A DNA stretch of 64,000 nt from Trichoplax sp. H2 (GCA_003344405.1 NOWV01000186.1:1-64000), one strand, 5' to 3'. Counted from the stretch's first letter, positions 26,911-40,379 are shown. Notes: generated by a model from the sequence alone, not told the origin. Made by a program: numbers and translations.

Positions 26911-27463
26911 TGTAGGGATAGTTATTTTTTGATAGCATTCCAGTGGAGAAATGAAAGCCCTAGCGATAGACTACAGTTACTTACAGCATAGAGCATAGCT
27001 GTGAATGTGCAACGCACTTGGTAGTCTAGCTATTGACTTATAACACTTGCTGACTGGCATCCTACTTTCGATTTACTGTAGCTGTGTCAACGGTGCACTG
27101 TTTTGATATCGCAGCTCGATTCGATTCTTTCATCTTATTTTAGACTTATTATGAAAATCAATCTAATCCATTTCTTAATTATATTTATTATTGACCAGGC
27201 TGTAAACAACAATTTTTCCCCATCAAGCCAATTGACGGGCCCAAAAACTGCAATGCGCTCAAACGATGCACTAGAATATTAATCTTTTTCAATCAGAAAA
27301 ATCGGCCATCAAAATACTTCCGATAACCTTGAGAATTCATAAATAGAATCCATATGCGCATAGGAGGCTTCGTTGCATCATCGATCCTACAGTATCGCAA
27401 GGACTACTTTCATTTCAAGCTAATATCCCCAGTCAAATTGAGAAAGTCAAGATACGTAGAAAC

Positions 27464-29278
27464 ATGGACACTATTTCGTTGAATGAAGAAGATTGTCCAA
27501 GTAGTAGTAGTATTAGCCACGGATACAGCCTAGAATCCATTGAATTGAGAGACAATCTTGAATATGATGCTGATGATCACGAGTGCCTCCTGAAATTTAC
27601 CTCCCGATTTATCAATCGCCATATCCAATATGAGCTTAATGCTAAAGCTTTTCAATATTACTTGGATAAAGTAGACGATTCGCCTGGGCCTACAACGTAT
27701 TATTATCTAGCACGTTGCTATCTCTTTGGTTACGGTATAGAGAGAAATCTTGAAGACGCTTATGAATTTATGGTATCAGCAGCTCAACTGCGCCATCCGG
27801 ATGCATTACGCGATTTAAGCTTATTATTTAGCTGCCCATCGACTCTCCATCATACTCAAACTTTCAGAACCTATACAGTCAGCGATTACAATTATAAACG
27901 ACTCAAAATTACATCATTATTAATGTCGGCATCGCTAGGCAGTTATAATCAATCACTTCAAGATCTTTTCAATTTATCGCAATTCATTTTTTGGCAAGAT
28001 ATGATTTGCCATTTAGATTGTATTTATACCAATTTAATCGATCGTTATTTCGATGGAGATGAACGCCACTTAGTTGATCTTCAACAAATTGCCATGCGTA
28101 ACTCTAAATTGTTACAAACTCACTCAAACTCCGATGATATGATTGATCGTATCTACAGGGACACTGTATTAACAACAGAAAATGAGCTCTTTCAAGACGC
28201 TAAAAATTTCTCTGAAGAAATTATCGCTGATATCTGCAATCAATTAGGCATCTTACGCTATATTAAAAGCCTTCAACCGACGGAAATTCATCACAAGGGA
28301 GAATTATTAGCAGATGCATTAAAGTATTTTCAATGTGCAGCTAAATTAAATTGTGCTGCGGCTTACTTTAACATTGCAATTTATTATGATGAATTTATTC
28401 ACTATCGTCACAATATGACTGTAACAAAACTGCAACTAATGATGGAAGCTTCCGCTCGTGGCCATGCACTTGCACAATATGAACTTGGCTACCATTATCT
28501 TAATTCTATGTCCGAACAAGAGCAGGTTCAAGGTTGGCTATACTTGATGCTATCATCAAAATTGGGCTACTCTGACAATTTATACCTAGTTGGCATGAGC
28601 TATTTGAGAGACGATTGCCGTATATTTGATAAGAAAAATGTATACCTGGCAAAAACTATGTTTAAATTGGCTATTTTTAGTCTTGAAATTCCTAGTGCAA
28701 AGTATTCTAAAAGGGAATGTTTTCAACTTGGATTTGCATATCATCACAGCTTATACTTAGACGACGTACATGATAGTCTATTATACTTTGATCGATATAG
28801 ACTTGCTGCTCATTTTTACGCTTATGCTATTAAGAATCACCTCAATTTTTACTTGCCGTGTTGCTATTTAGCCAAGTTAATAGAAAAGCGCCGCATCTAT
28901 CCGTATGCTATTGAATATATTATAGAATTATATAATCTGGCCATCTGTGACGATGATATCGCTGTCAAAGGATATGCATGTTATCGTTTAGGTAAAACTT
29001 ATTCCAATCAATCCAGTGGTACCTATTATAATCCGTCAAAGGCTAACGAGCACTTTGCCAATGCACTCTGTCATTTTAAAAATGTTAAAGATTCAATTAG
29101 CGGCCAATACCATTATGCCAATATGCTTCTGCAAGGGCTCGGCGTTGTGAGAGACAGAAGCAAAGCTATCGAAATTTTAAGTACTATTTGTAACCGTATG
29201 CGACATTTTGGCGATCCCTATAAATCCTATCTACAATCTAAAGCAGAGCGCAGATTAAGTCAATTAATTAAACACTAA
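27464..29278 (+). CDS. SLR protein 1, single module (604 aa, intronless)
   Basis: SLR motifs YYLARCYLFGYGIERNLEDA, AQYELGYHY and YHYANMLLQGLGVVRDRSKA. Family motifs GYSD, AAHFYA, LAKLIEK, YACYRLGKTYS. Confidence 0.85.
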   Translation: MDTISLNEEDCPSSSSISHGYSLESIELRDNLEYDADDHECLLKFTSRFINRHIQYELNAKAFQYYLDKVDDSPGPTTYYYLARCYLFGYGIERNLEDAYEFMVSAAQLRHPDALRDLSLLFSCPSTLHHTQTFRTYTVSDYNYKRLKITSLLMSASLGSYNQSLQDLFNLSQFIFWQDMICHLDCIYTNLIDRYFDGDERHLVDLQQIAMRNSKLLQTHSNSDDMIDRIYRDTVLTTENELFQDAKNFSEEIIADICNQLGILRYIKSLQPTEIHHKGELLADALKYFQCAAKLNCAAAYFNIAIYYDEFIHYRHNMTVTKLQLMMEASARGHALAQYELGYHYLNSMSEQEQVQGWLYLMLSSKLGYSDNLYLVGMSYLRDDCRIFDKKNVYLAKTMFKLAIFSLEIPSAKYSKRECFQLGFAYHHSLYLDDVHDSLLYFDRYRLAAHFYAYAIKNHLNFYLPCCYLAKLIEKRRIYPYAIEYIIELYNLAICDDDIAVKGYACYRLGKTYSNQSSGTYYNPSKANEHFANALCHFKNVKDSISGQYHYANMLLQGLGVVRDRSKAIEILSTICNRMRHFGDPYKSYLQSKAERRLSQLIKH

Positions 29279-30519
29279 TAAACAATTATCTTCTTAAATT
29301 TATTTCTTTCTGTAAAGTCCTACAAATGAATTGGTTCTTCATGAACAGAACTGTTGCTCTGATCATAAATAATAAATCAGCAGTAGGGTAATTAAAAATC
29401 GAGCCGATAGAATAAATAATGGTTATATTGTACATAGGACGATATCAGCCTTAACACAACTTATCCAGAGGATATACTTGATTATTTGTTACTCTTACAA
29501 AGTGTATAGCAAGAATTTCATTAATCATGCTTACATAAATTTAATTTTTCTATCTTCTTTGCATTTAAATTTAAATATGATAATTTAGACAATATAGCAG
29601 AATTTTCATCTATACTGTAGCGCGGTTTTGTTGCATAAAAATACAATATACTACCAAGATATATAATCATTGCCGCATTTCTAGCATTCTTAATCCTTTA
29701 CAAGCGAAGTAGCATTACTGAAATATGGCAATCTGAATTAATAATTATGAGCATCGGCGTCTTAAGAAGCATATTATATATTTATTCTTTTTCATACAAT
29801 GACTAATGTTGCGTGACTACCGCAAGCATGTTTTTGGCCGCCCACTTTTAATGTTACATTTAAATAGAATAATAATAAGAATAAGAGTTTGTTCAGTTTT
29901 CATAATTGATAATGTCAGTTATCTGACAGCGTATATTTTGTGTAATTAGCATACAGTATAGCAGAAAGAACAGAGCAGTAATTAGTGACCATATAAGACC
30001 ATAGTCTTGAAAGCAATTGTGGATTTGCTATCTTTACTTACAACATAATATAGTACAATTCAATTTCTCTGAGAGAAAAGTGATCGATTTTAAAATTTGT
30101 CTTTGTCCTTATTATACCACGCTAATAGTGACAATAAATTAATTTTCTGGTTATTGCAAGCGATTTTGTAGTTGTGTTATTAGTTTAAGTTAGAATAGAA
30201 TACCCCAAATCTGAAATCGGATTAGACAACAAATTGACAGTACTTAAAAATAGGCCGATAGCTTTAGTATTTGTACACAGATACGCTCAAGAAGTATCCA
30301 GTAGATAGCAAAAATTTTCATATTGTAAGACATGCATTGCTGGTCTATAATCATCCATTATTGCCAACTTTAAAATTTATTATTTCATGATGATGGTAGT
30401 AAGAAATCATTTTTCACTTAAATCAAGCTTAATTCATTTTGATACTTGCTATAATTGACTGAAATTTAATAAAGGAATCAACTATTACAAAATCTAAATA
30501 AGTTATACAATATAATGAA

Positions 30520-33500
30520 TCATTGGCGCTGCATAGAATCTTTTAGCATATCCAGCTTATTTTGACATTTCTTCAGGTAATGCTTAATAAAATAAACGTT
30601 GTTCTTACATTTACATCGTAATCCACACGAATAAAACTGTTTTGCCTTATTTAAATCTTTCCTTCGACCGCAACCAAATTGACACATTACACCTAAATAA
30701 TAATTGGACATACATGAAGTTGATGAATAATGTGAATGATTACGATAAAATAACTGAAATGCGCTGTTATAATGTTCGTTTGCCATATTTTGGCTATTGA
30801 TATTTGAGTACTGTTCGCATCGACTATAAATTTTTCCTAATAAATAATGTGCGTAGGCTGAATAACAGTTATCCTGAATGTAGATAGCTGATTGACATAG
30901 CTTTATCGCATCATCTAATTTATTTTTTGCTTTAATGTGATCATGGATGATTAATTTAGCTAAATAGCATCGACTTTTTGCATCCTCCATTTGATAAAAG
31001 GCATCAATAGCATAATAATGAGCAGCTAATTCGTAATGATTACTAGATGACCAATAATATTGATAGATCAAGCCTAATTCAGCAATGGGTAAATCCACTC
31101 TGTAACATCCTAATAGTTTATCCGATATGGATTGATGCAATAGTTGACGAGCCAGTTCGACATTTTTTGGACCCTGATATTTTAATGTTATTGCTAAATC
31201 AGCCATTGCATCAGGGAAACCAAAATTGGCTGCATTGGTGACACAGCTTGCTTTCTTTTCATCGTCCTTAGTATTTTCGTCACTACGATCGCATTTACTA
31301 TTATTGGTGTTGCAATGGATAAAGAACATTCGATTAGCTCCAGGGTGATTTAATTCAGCAGCTTTGTGATATAAATTGATATATTTCATTTTATTGTCAG
31401 CCAATTTTAGTTTAAGTTTAGTAAATGCATATAAAAATGTTCCTGCTGGATTTCCCAATTTCATTGATTCTTCAAGATGTTTCAATATTTCCTTGACAGC
31501 TTTCTGATCAGGCATTTTATAATTTAATTCTTTAACCATTAGTAAAATACCCATTTCTGCATGATATTTACTAGATGTCGTATTATTTAACCTTTTATTG
31601 ATAAAGCCTAATATTTTTTTATTAAAGCATTTAGTTAAATCTTTGATCCTTTCATCGATGATATCGCGCCAGCATGAATAAGCTTTCAAACGATCTTGCA
31701 TAATATCAATAGCACGAATTGATCCATTTAACGCTGCTGTTACTAAATTTTGTAATTGTACTGTTGCCAATTCTCTAGCAGTAGTAAATACTTGATAATA
31801 GAGTTGTGGACAGTCGCCGTCTTCTTCACAACCATATAAAAATGATAAATTAATACTTGCCATAGGACAATATAATTCAGCAGCTTGACTATAATATTCA
31901 GCTGATAATTTGAAATCTTTAACAGCGCCACCAAGACCATATTGATGCAACAAACCTAACTTATAATATGTAGCAGCATTGGGTTTATCTTGCAATTGGG
32001 TTTTAGCACATTGGAAATCGAATCGAAAATGTTCAACTGTTAACTGTTTACTGTAATATCTTTGGCTTATTTGATAAGCTTCCATCATTAATTGAATAGG
32101 TGAGTATCCCCATAATGTTTTAATTTCTTTATTTAACCAGTTCAGTTGATCATATAATTTGGCATTATCAGCATCTGCTGCAACTAGAATTTTACCTCGT
32201 AGCCAAGCTTTTATAGAGTAAAATCGATTTAAATAATTGTCAGTAAAATGAGCTCGAGTAATATAGAAATTGCGCTGAGGTGCTAACACAGGAATATGGC
32301 TACTTGTATTAGTGCATGATCCATCTTCCATCAATTTAGAGACAACATAGCGATCCATAGCCGCTGGTTTAACTAATAAAGCTTCTTCATTAAAGCAACT
32401 GAATGCAATATCCATATGCAAATGAACAGATACAGGCTGATAAAATGATAAATGTTGATATTGTTGCTGGCCAATAATTCTACCAAGCCTGTAATGACAA
32501 TATGGAGCAACTTGTGTTACATGTGAGTAAGCGCCATACTGATATAATTGGACAGCATCATTAATATTGCACTGAGATAATTTACCTTTTTCGATTAATT
32601 TAGCTAAACGACATAAAGCCAAGCTAATATCATGATGTGGATAAATCGAGGAAGCGTAAAAATGTGCCGCTGTAGTAATATTGGCTTGAACCCCAATACC
32701 AAATTCATACATTAAGCCAAGGTAAAAATATTCTGTTCGATCAACTGGACCAGCCATACTTGGAGGATTGACAATAGCTTGAAAAAAGTAATCTTTACCT
32801 TGATCAATATCAATATAAAATGGTTGGCCATCATTAAAGTACATAGAACCAAGTTGATTATAGACGTCTGAATAGGGTAATGCTTTTATATAATTTTCTA
32901 CGTAATATCGATGTTTTAAGATATTCCGTACTTCATTTCGACTTTCTCTCATACTTGCTTTCAATTTTATAGCAGCTAATGGACAGCCACGCAAAACAGC
33001 TCGATGGTAATGTTTAATTTGATCTAATTCTTGTAAACTAACTTCATTGCCATGACATAATGGAGTATCCAGCTCAGTATAAAATGCATAATTCATATCA
33101 CCACGTGGATCCCCTAGTTGGCTTGCTTTCTTGAAATAATCGAATGATTTGGCAGGTACGCGAATGTCTTCATCACTAGCTTGATCACGAAGTTGATCTA
33201 AAGTATTGCACTTATGGATCAAGTATTCAAGGAAGCCCAAACAGTTATATGAATCAATCAATATAATTGTATTCTGCTTTAATTGCTTAATAGTTTCGTA
33301 ATTTTGCTCTCTAAATTGATTGATTTCTTGGCGCCAATCTTGACTTGATCGATACAACGATCTTAATGCTTGAATAGCATCAGAATGGAGCCCAAAAGCT
33401 GCCGCTTTAATTAAATTATTAGCGTGTTTCTTAGCTAATTGTTGTTGATCGAGATGCTGATCATCAGATTGAATTATTTTGTCCCTATCTAATTGAAATA

Positions 33501-33861
33501 AGCCGTAATAAGCTAAAAGATGATTTCGTTGGGCAGCCTGATTATAATGGTATTCACTTTGTTTTTTATCGATTCCAATGGAAGAATAACCATGATGAAA
33601 GTAGTAACCGAGTAAATAATGGCTATGGGAATCATCGCCATGTTGTAATTTAACATGACAATCTCTCATAGCCTGGTCGTATATTTCAGTTGTTAGATGT
33701 TTTTGAATGCATTTAGTTGCAATTTTGTTGATTTTATCTCCAAATTGTTGAAAAGTAAAATCCCATTGCGTTGATACTTGCCGTTGAATTAGCAAAGCAG
33801 GATCAGGTGCAACCTCGTCATCATCAAAAGATGATGATGATGATGAATAATTCATCATCAA
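30520..33861 (-). CDS. SLR protein 2, double module (1113 aa, intronless)
   Basis: SLR motifs LGLMYEFGIGVQAN, LGLLHQYGLGGAVKDFKLS and LGVMCQFGCGRRKDLNKA. The LAKLI..YxLG block occurs twice, and the second module starts near 32140. Confidence 0.88.
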   Translation of the reverse strand: MMMNYSSSSSSFDDDEVAPDPALLIQRQVSTQWDFTFQQFGDKINKIATKCIQKHLTTEIYDQAMRDCHVKLQHGDDSHSHYLLGYYFHHGYSSIGIDKKQSEYHYNQAAQRNHLLAYYGLFQLDRDKIIQSDDQHLDQQQLAKKHANNLIKAAAFGLHSDAIQALRSLYRSSQDWRQEINQFREQNYETIKQLKQNTIILIDSYNCLGFLEYLIHKCNTLDQLRDQASDEDIRVPAKSFDYFKKASQLGDPRGDMNYAFYTELDTPLCHGNEVSLQELDQIKHYHRAVLRGCPLAAIKLKASMRESRNEVRNILKHRYYVENYIKALPYSDVYNQLGSMYFNDGQPFYIDIDQGKDYFFQAIVNPPSMAGPVDRTEYFYLGLMYEFGIGVQANITTAAHFYASSIYPHHDISLALCRLAKLIEKGKLSQCNINDAVQLYQYGAYSHVTQVAPYCHYRLGRIIGQQQYQHLSFYQPVSVHLHMDIAFSCFNEEALLVKPAAMDRYVVSKLMEDGSCTNTSSHIPVLAPQRNFYITRAHFTDNYLNRFYSIKAWLRGKILVAADADNAKLYDQLNWLNKEIKTLWGYSPIQLMMEAYQISQRYYSKQLTVEHFRFDFQCAKTQLQDKPNAATYYKLGLLHQYGLGGAVKDFKLSAEYYSQAAELYCPMASINLSFLYGCEEDGDCPQLYYQVFTTARELATVQLQNLVTAALNGSIRAIDIMQDRLKAYSCWRDIIDERIKDLTKCFNKKILGFINKRLNNTTSSKYHAEMGILLMVKELNYKMPDQKAVKEILKHLEESMKLGNPAGTFLYAFTKLKLKLADNKMKYINLYHKAAELNHPGANRMFFIHCNTNNSKCDRSDENTKDDEKKASCVTNAANFGFPDAMADLAITLKYQGPKNVELARQLLHQSISDKLLGCYRVDLPIAELGLIYQYYWSSSNHYELAAHYYAIDAFYQMEDAKSRCYLAKLIIHDHIKAKNKLDDAIKLCQSAIYIQDNCYSAYAHYLLGKIYSRCEQYSNINSQNMANEHYNSAFQLFYRNHSHYSSTSCMSNYYLGVMCQFGCGRRKDLNKAKQFYSCGLRCKCKNNVYFIKHYLKKCQNKLDMLKDSMQRQ

Positions 33862-36800
33862 CTATCTGGCTTAATCGAAACTAATGCAACATGGGTGAAG
33901 ATGATAATCAATTCTTTAGTATCAATTACAAAGTATTTTTAATCATCAATTTCATTTTGAATCCTCTTTTAACTTTGACGGTTATAACTATTTCGTCAAT
34001 CTATTATTGCCAGCCATATTTCAATTTGGAAGAGGACAAATAGAATAATGAATAGAAAAATATCTTCCGTCTTTAGAAATCTAACAAATCAAACGAATAT
34101 TGACGGCATTGAGAAATATTTAGTACTAGCACTAATGATCTTTTTTTACTATACTTCAATCGTTAAGTTAATTTCTATTCACACTATTAGAAAAGAAATT
34201 ACGTATTGTGCCTATAGGCTTATTGCTTATCAAAGTAATAAATTAAATTAACATTTTCTGTTGGATTTCCCTAATCAAATTTATTACTCACTTTGATCTT
34301 AATTTTAACTTTTTTTCATCTGCTCTTGGTCCAGTTCTATCTCTGTCTTTTTCTCTTTTTTCTTTCGGTCTAACTATATGGACAGAGAAGTATCTAACTC
34401 AAAAACAATTCGAAATGTACATCAATGGGTCATAAACAAAACCGTCTACTATACTATCTTGATGGAGTAGAAACGTTACTTTGGTAGGCATTGATCTTGT
34501 TTTGTTTTATCTAGACCAATAAAATTAAATTCCTTATTGATTCACTGATTTTAGTCTTGAATAAGGAAGATAATTTATGCATTGTTAAACAATAATTTAA
34601 TTCAGAATAAAAGAGCCTTTTTAAAATAAGAAGAAAAAAAAATAATAGCTAAAATATTGGACCTCCCAAGCTAGACATTATAGCCGGTTATTTTACACAG
34701 CCATCTTCTATTTAGATAGTGTAATAGGATATAGCTATGCCAAGGATAGTTAGAATGCGCTTAATGAGTTCTATTTTTCGTCACTAAATAAGCGTTTACA
34801 TATCAATTGCTACCGCTATTTCGTCCCATTAATTTCTTTCTTGATAGTTTATAAACACGACTAGCATTAATATTTGTGAAAAGTTCAACTAGCCTAGAAA
34901 TAATGACGGCATGATTTCGATGTCAAATTCTTAATGAAACTGAACAGAATATCGGATTATGTGTAGTTTATTAAGCCTAATTAAAATATTTTAAAATGTT
35001 TAGAAACGATTGTATTCGTCTATCCAATATACTCGAGAGTCACTTTTAACTTGAAATAAAAGCAAAAATAGATCATATCGTAAACGAAATGGGTAAAAGC
35101 TAATTCATAGTTAATGAGTGGCATAAAAATCCTATTACATAAATTTAACTGAGGCTTTACTAAATGAAAATTGAAAATTGGATTACTATTAGTGATTATC
35201 ATTTAATACTGACATACAAATACTAATAAACTGAGCAACTTCTTGCTTTAAAAGCATGATATTGAAATAGCATTACAATTTGATAGATGTCGAATAAGTT
35301 AAGAAAATATAGTGATAAAATGAAGCCATCTAAATTATCCTGGCTGACATAAATATATGCACCACTCTGAAGAAATTGATCAAGAATGATATTGAGAAAT
35401 GTGTATTCCCTAGTCTGTATAAGAATATTGTATGTGATTTTCATGAAAGGTCTGCTTGCCCTACGAGTCATTTAGACGGGAATTATCACGAGAAAAATCC
35501 TCAATTCATACCAAAGCTTAATTAGAACAGCATATAGCCTATGAAGCTATAAAACTATTAAATGTAGTTGAAATTTTAACTCCTGAGACTTTTATAATTT
35601 TACAATAAATGAATAGTCAATAGAAACATTATGACATCCATATTATTAGATTAATATAAATTTTGAACTTGAAAGGACATAAGATATTCTTCGCCTTGAG
35701 AAACTTTCTAACCCTTAAAGGGTATCATCACATAGATCTAATAAGTAGTAGTTCATAGCTAAGTACAATTTATTGCAAATATCGCTTTTATATTTCTAGC
35801 ATGACTTAATTTATAAACCAATGAAAAGGAATAGATAATACTTGAATCTAATGCTAATTTATAGTTAGGTACAATCTGCCACAGTTAAATTTTATAAGTT
35901 GTCAGTATAATTTGATCTAAATGCAGTTAAAAGAAGATGATATCCTTTCTCACTTTGATCATGATGGTAAATTACCGTAGCAAATGAAAATGATGAAGCC
36001 ATGTCTTATATCTCAAATTACTATTTTTGAGTAAATTGCTGGAAACCGTAGTAAAGGTCAAATTCTCATTTGGATTAGACCATGATCTCGTTATATTCAC
36101 TAATGATTCATCGATTGCAAGATCACAATTGATCATTCCTACTACTAAATACTGTATAGCCTCACAATTATCTCATTGACTAGATGAAATCGTATATATT
36201 GCAATGATCATGTAATTTTTTAACTATTTTATTCGATAGTATACGCCTACTATATGTAGCCATAGATCATCCACTAAACGTATAAAAGATTTGGCTATGC
36301 TAGTAAAGATCAGTATAGCTTGGACTAATAAGTGAGATGATTGTTGTACTTAAAGACTGGTATATAAGCCGGATAGTTCTAAAATTAATATATATGGCAA
36401 GCTAAGCAACAACCGACATACCTTATCATCTCGAAACTATGGTGCATTACTAATAAATATATGAAAGATTCGGTGATATTAGTACCGGTATTTATCGATA
36501 ATGCTAAGATTTTTGCCTCTTCAGCATTAAATATTTATATAGTACTTATAATACTATCAAACTAATTTCTACCGCCTATAAATCGAGTGAAAGATTACAG
36601 TATCTATTGACGAGATGATTAGACCTTCATTCATAGATACCGGTCAATATACTAGGAGAAAAGAAAGTATAAGCCAACTGAACAACAAGAATTTAGTGTT
36701 GCCTAATGAAAAGATTCCTCTCGAATATCAATATTTTATTTTATAGCATGGAAAGTTTAAATACAGACATAAAATCGAGATTTGTTTACTGTTAACCAAT

Positions 36801-37052
36801 CTAGAATCATATAACGGTGTGCGATTATGGGTACTTTATTGCATACATGAGACGACATCATCAGTAATGCTGAGTTCCTAAGAGATATATCTTTACTATT
36901 CAATGGATTATAAATTTATATAATTTTATGCAGGTTATCGCTACTTCAACATGATCAATACAAATGTTTAGCAGTTTTCATAACTTGATATCACAATTGA
37001 AATAAGAAAATGAAATATTGTAGCATATCTGCTTATCTTAATTTAAATAGAA

Positions 37053-40000
37053 TTACATAGACTGCTGGAGGGCTTTTGCAGCCTTATTTCGATATCGTAA
37101 TCTTACGAAATCGTAATCAGCTTTGGACATGTCTATCGTTTTCTGATAGAATAGCATAGCCTTACTAGAATTAGGATTTGTACCATAGCCACATTTGTAC
37201 ATTTTGGCTAAAATATAACAATCGCGACTAGCATTTTTACTGGATATTAACACATTATATTGAAATTGTCGATAAGCCATCCGAAAGTGCGACTTTGCTC
37301 GATCAAGATCGTAAAATTTATTATTCTGTTTATTGGAATAAATTTTACCTAATCGGTAATGAGCAACTCCGACATGTTGATCATTGATATAAATTGCCGA
37401 TTGATATAGTTTAATCGCATCTAAAATACTTGCTGCTGGAATCTTCTTCTTCTCGATCAACTGACCTAATAGAATACGCCCTTGACAATCGTTTAACTGG
37501 TGTACAATTTGAGTTGAATACCAATGCCTTGCTTTAATATATTTATTGGTACAAGTACTTTCACATTCATATATAATTCCAAGAAGATAATCTGGTAAAA
37601 TAGTTGGGATAACTTGATGATGATCTTCTACCATAGCTCTTTCAAGTGTTGAGATAGCCTTATCTAAATTGATTTCAATACCAAATCGTCCGTCAATCCG
37701 CCCTAATGCTATCACTAAAGTCGATAATGCATCGCCATACTTACTACCATCAATTAGCAATTGGCGTACTTTACGATCGTCCATGGTTAATTTTTCACCT
37801 GCGAATATTAGTTGAACTAACTGCAATTTAGCGGCAATATAATCCAATTTGGCTGCTTTCATAAGATAAGCTTGGGCATCATTCTTTTTATTTGAGCCTT
37901 TAAAATATTTTTTGTCCAATTTTAATTTAAGATAGCCAAGATAATAATAAGCTGCTGGATCATGTAATTTTGCTGCTTTATTGAAGTGATTGATAATTTC
38001 ATAAACAGATAATGAGTTTGGTTGATCGAAAATAGCTTCTCGAATCATGAGTAATATCCCTAATTCGACCTGCAATTTTGTCAATTCATCATGACTTAAT
38101 TTTCTACTTTTACCGTGGCGATAGCTCTTTTCTCGTGTCTTAATACTGGCATCAATTAACTTACTCCAAGCTGGTTTATCTCGAACTTGTTGATCGATAT
38201 AATGCAAAGAATTGATGTTACCCATATAAGCGGATTGTAATAATAAGTCCAGACGATATTCTGCACATTGCTTAGTGCTAGAATACACTTGGCAGTAATT
38301 TGTAGGATCATCACCTTCTTCTTCGCATCCAATCAACAATGCAAGCCCATGATAGGCTAATGAATGACCTAATGCAACAGCTTTATAGTAATGATTCATA
38401 GCTATAGCAGGATCTTTCTTGACAGAGCCTAAACCATTGCGAAAGTAATAACCTAGCTGATAATGGACATTCATATCATCAGATTCTTGCAATTTCTGAC
38501 GATATTTACGGTAGGAATAATCATATAGTTTAGTCATAAAATCACTAGAAAGGTAGCGTAATGCAATTCGGTAGGATGACCACATAATCTCTTTTGGTTT
38601 ACTTTGCCATAAATTTTGAATTTCATCATTCATTGATGTAATATTCTGGATAATTTCTTGCCGTTGTGTAGGTTTCATCCCTTCGTATTTTAATTTAGCT
38701 TTAATAGCATAGTATCGATAATCTAATGATCTATTATAATATTCGCTTGCTGCATAATAACAGGCAGTTGGATTTGTTTCATTTTCTTGATTTGTATCTA
38801 TTGAATAAATATTGCCTTTTATGTAATAACTTATTGGGCATGGTGAAACAGCTTGAAGTAATTTATTGGCCATCTGGTAGTAAAAGCTAGCTTTAGTGGT
38901 ATCAAATCCCATTTCATGACTAATTAATCCTTTGCTACACATCCTACCCAATCGATAGCAAGCATATGCCGATGCTAGCGGTTCTAATTTTAGGCAAGCA
39001 CTTTGATAGAGTCTAACTGAATCAAGGAGTGTTGATCGAGGTACAGTTTCTTTTTCAATTAATTTAGCTAATAGGACCATAGTTATAGGGCATTTACTCG
39101 ATTTTAATAAGGTAGCTGCATAATAATGAGCAGCTTGTACTTTATCAATCCCAGTACCGACACCTAGTTGGTAAAGATAGCCTAAATAGCAATTATGTCG
39201 AGTATCTGTGGGATAAAGACAACTAGGATTGGCTGTTAATGCTCTCTCTAAATATTCCCGAGCCAATTGATGATCGTATTGCCATCCTTGGCGTGGCTCT
39301 AAGTAGGTATAAGCCAATTCTCTCAAGATATCAGAGAATCCGCCAGCTTTAGCAGCTTTTATCAATAGCCCTTGTGATATTCGATTACTATCAACGTTAT
39401 CTGGACGTTGTAAATTTAAAGCTAAATGCAGACTAAACCAGCCTAGTGGGTGATCTTTGATAGCTGATTGTATGAAACAACTCATAGGGTAAAGATTTGC
39501 TTCCTTTGTGTTAATAGAGCTGGAATCGGTTAGAAATTGTGGCGATAACATTTTCCTGAAGGCATAATTAAAATAGCCCTGGCCATCACCTAATTTAGCT
39601 GCTTTTTGAAAGCAGTCGTACGCATAACGTGTTGTTTTGTCAACAGAGGTAATTTTATCAGTGGTCAAGTTATCCTCATCGATGTTTTCTTCATCAGAAT
39701 TATCATCGTCAGTTTGACTAGCATGAATGAAACATTCAATAACACCAAGGTAATTATATAATTCTGCTATAGTCGATGTGTCAGTAGTTTCATCAATAGC
39801 AGTTTCGATATCATCCTTAATTTCTAGCAGTTTATTTCTCCAAAACGGATGACTGTTATATTTACTTCTCAACATTTTTCCAGCATAATAATGTTGACCG
39901 TTAACAACTGCATCCATTAATAATCTCACTTTAATGTCAATGAGTTGTTTTTCATCTATTTTTTGTATTGATGACGATTCTTGGTGATCTATATTTGAAT

Positions 40001-40379
40001 CGCAATCATACAAAGTTGACATGTCGTGACAAGCTAAATGATGGTGTCGCTTAATGGCTTCTTCGTAATACCGTAGCGCCTCAACACTGTCTTTCTTATC
40101 TATTCCAAGCCCATGTTGATGGTAATATCCAATTTGGTAATAAGCATGGCAATGATCATTGTCTTTGATTTTTTGCATATAAGTCTGATAAGCTGTTCTA
40201 TACAATTTATTCATTAATTCTTCATTACGATGTATTTTTAAAATCCTACTGACATCGTTATTTAATTGTTTAGATTGACAATTCCATATTGAAAATAATT
40301 CAGTTCTTAGCCAATTCATGATAGAATTAACTTGTAATTCATCTTGTGGATGAAATAATGTAGTAATACTTGTGTTCAT
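37053..40379 (-). CDS. SLR protein 3, double module (1108 aa, intronless)
   Basis: SLR motifs IGYYHQHGLGIDKKD, LGYLYQLGVGTGIDKVQA, LGYYFRNGLGSVKKD and LAKMYKCGYGTNPNSSKA. Second module starts near 38630. Confidence 0.88.
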   Translation of the reverse strand: MNTSITTLFHPQDELQVNSIMNWLRTELFSIWNCQSKQLNNDVSRILKIHRNEELMNKLYRTAYQTYMQKIKDNDHCHAYYQIGYYHQHGLGIDKKDSVEALRYYEEAIKRHHHLACHDMSTLYDCDSNIDHQESSSIQKIDEKQLIDIKVRLLMDAVVNGQHYYAGKMLRSKYNSHPFWRNKLLEIKDDIETAIDETTDTSTIAELYNYLGVIECFIHASQTDDDNSDEENIDEDNLTTDKITSVDKTTRYAYDCFQKAAKLGDGQGYFNYAFRKMLSPQFLTDSSSINTKEANLYPMSCFIQSAIKDHPLGWFSLHLALNLQRPDNVDSNRISQGLLIKAAKAGGFSDILRELAYTYLEPRQGWQYDHQLAREYLERALTANPSCLYPTDTRHNCYLGYLYQLGVGTGIDKVQAAHYYAATLLKSSKCPITMVLLAKLIEKETVPRSTLLDSVRLYQSACLKLEPLASAYACYRLGRMCSKGLISHEMGFDTTKASFYYQMANKLLQAVSPCPISYYIKGNIYSIDTNQENETNPTACYYAASEYYNRSLDYRYYAIKAKLKYEGMKPTQRQEIIQNITSMNDEIQNLWQSKPKEIMWSSYRIALRYLSSDFMTKLYDYSYRKYRQKLQESDDMNVHYQLGYYFRNGLGSVKKDPAIAMNHYYKAVALGHSLAYHGLALLIGCEEEGDDPTNYCQVYSSTKQCAEYRLDLLLQSAYMGNINSLHYIDQQVRDKPAWSKLIDASIKTREKSYRHGKSRKLSHDELTKLQVELGILLMIREAIFDQPNSLSVYEIINHFNKAAKLHDPAAYYYLGYLKLKLDKKYFKGSNKKNDAQAYLMKAAKLDYIAAKLQLVQLIFAGEKLTMDDRKVRQLLIDGSKYGDALSTLVIALGRIDGRFGIEINLDKAISTLERAMVEDHHQVIPTILPDYLLGIIYECESTCTNKYIKARHWYSTQIVHQLNDCQGRILLGQLIEKKKIPAASILDAIKLYQSAIYINDQHVGVAHYRLGKIYSNKQNNKFYDLDRAKSHFRMAYRQFQYNVLISSKNASRDCYILAKMYKCGYGTNPNSSKAMLFYQKTIDMSKADYDFVRLRYRNKAAKALQQSM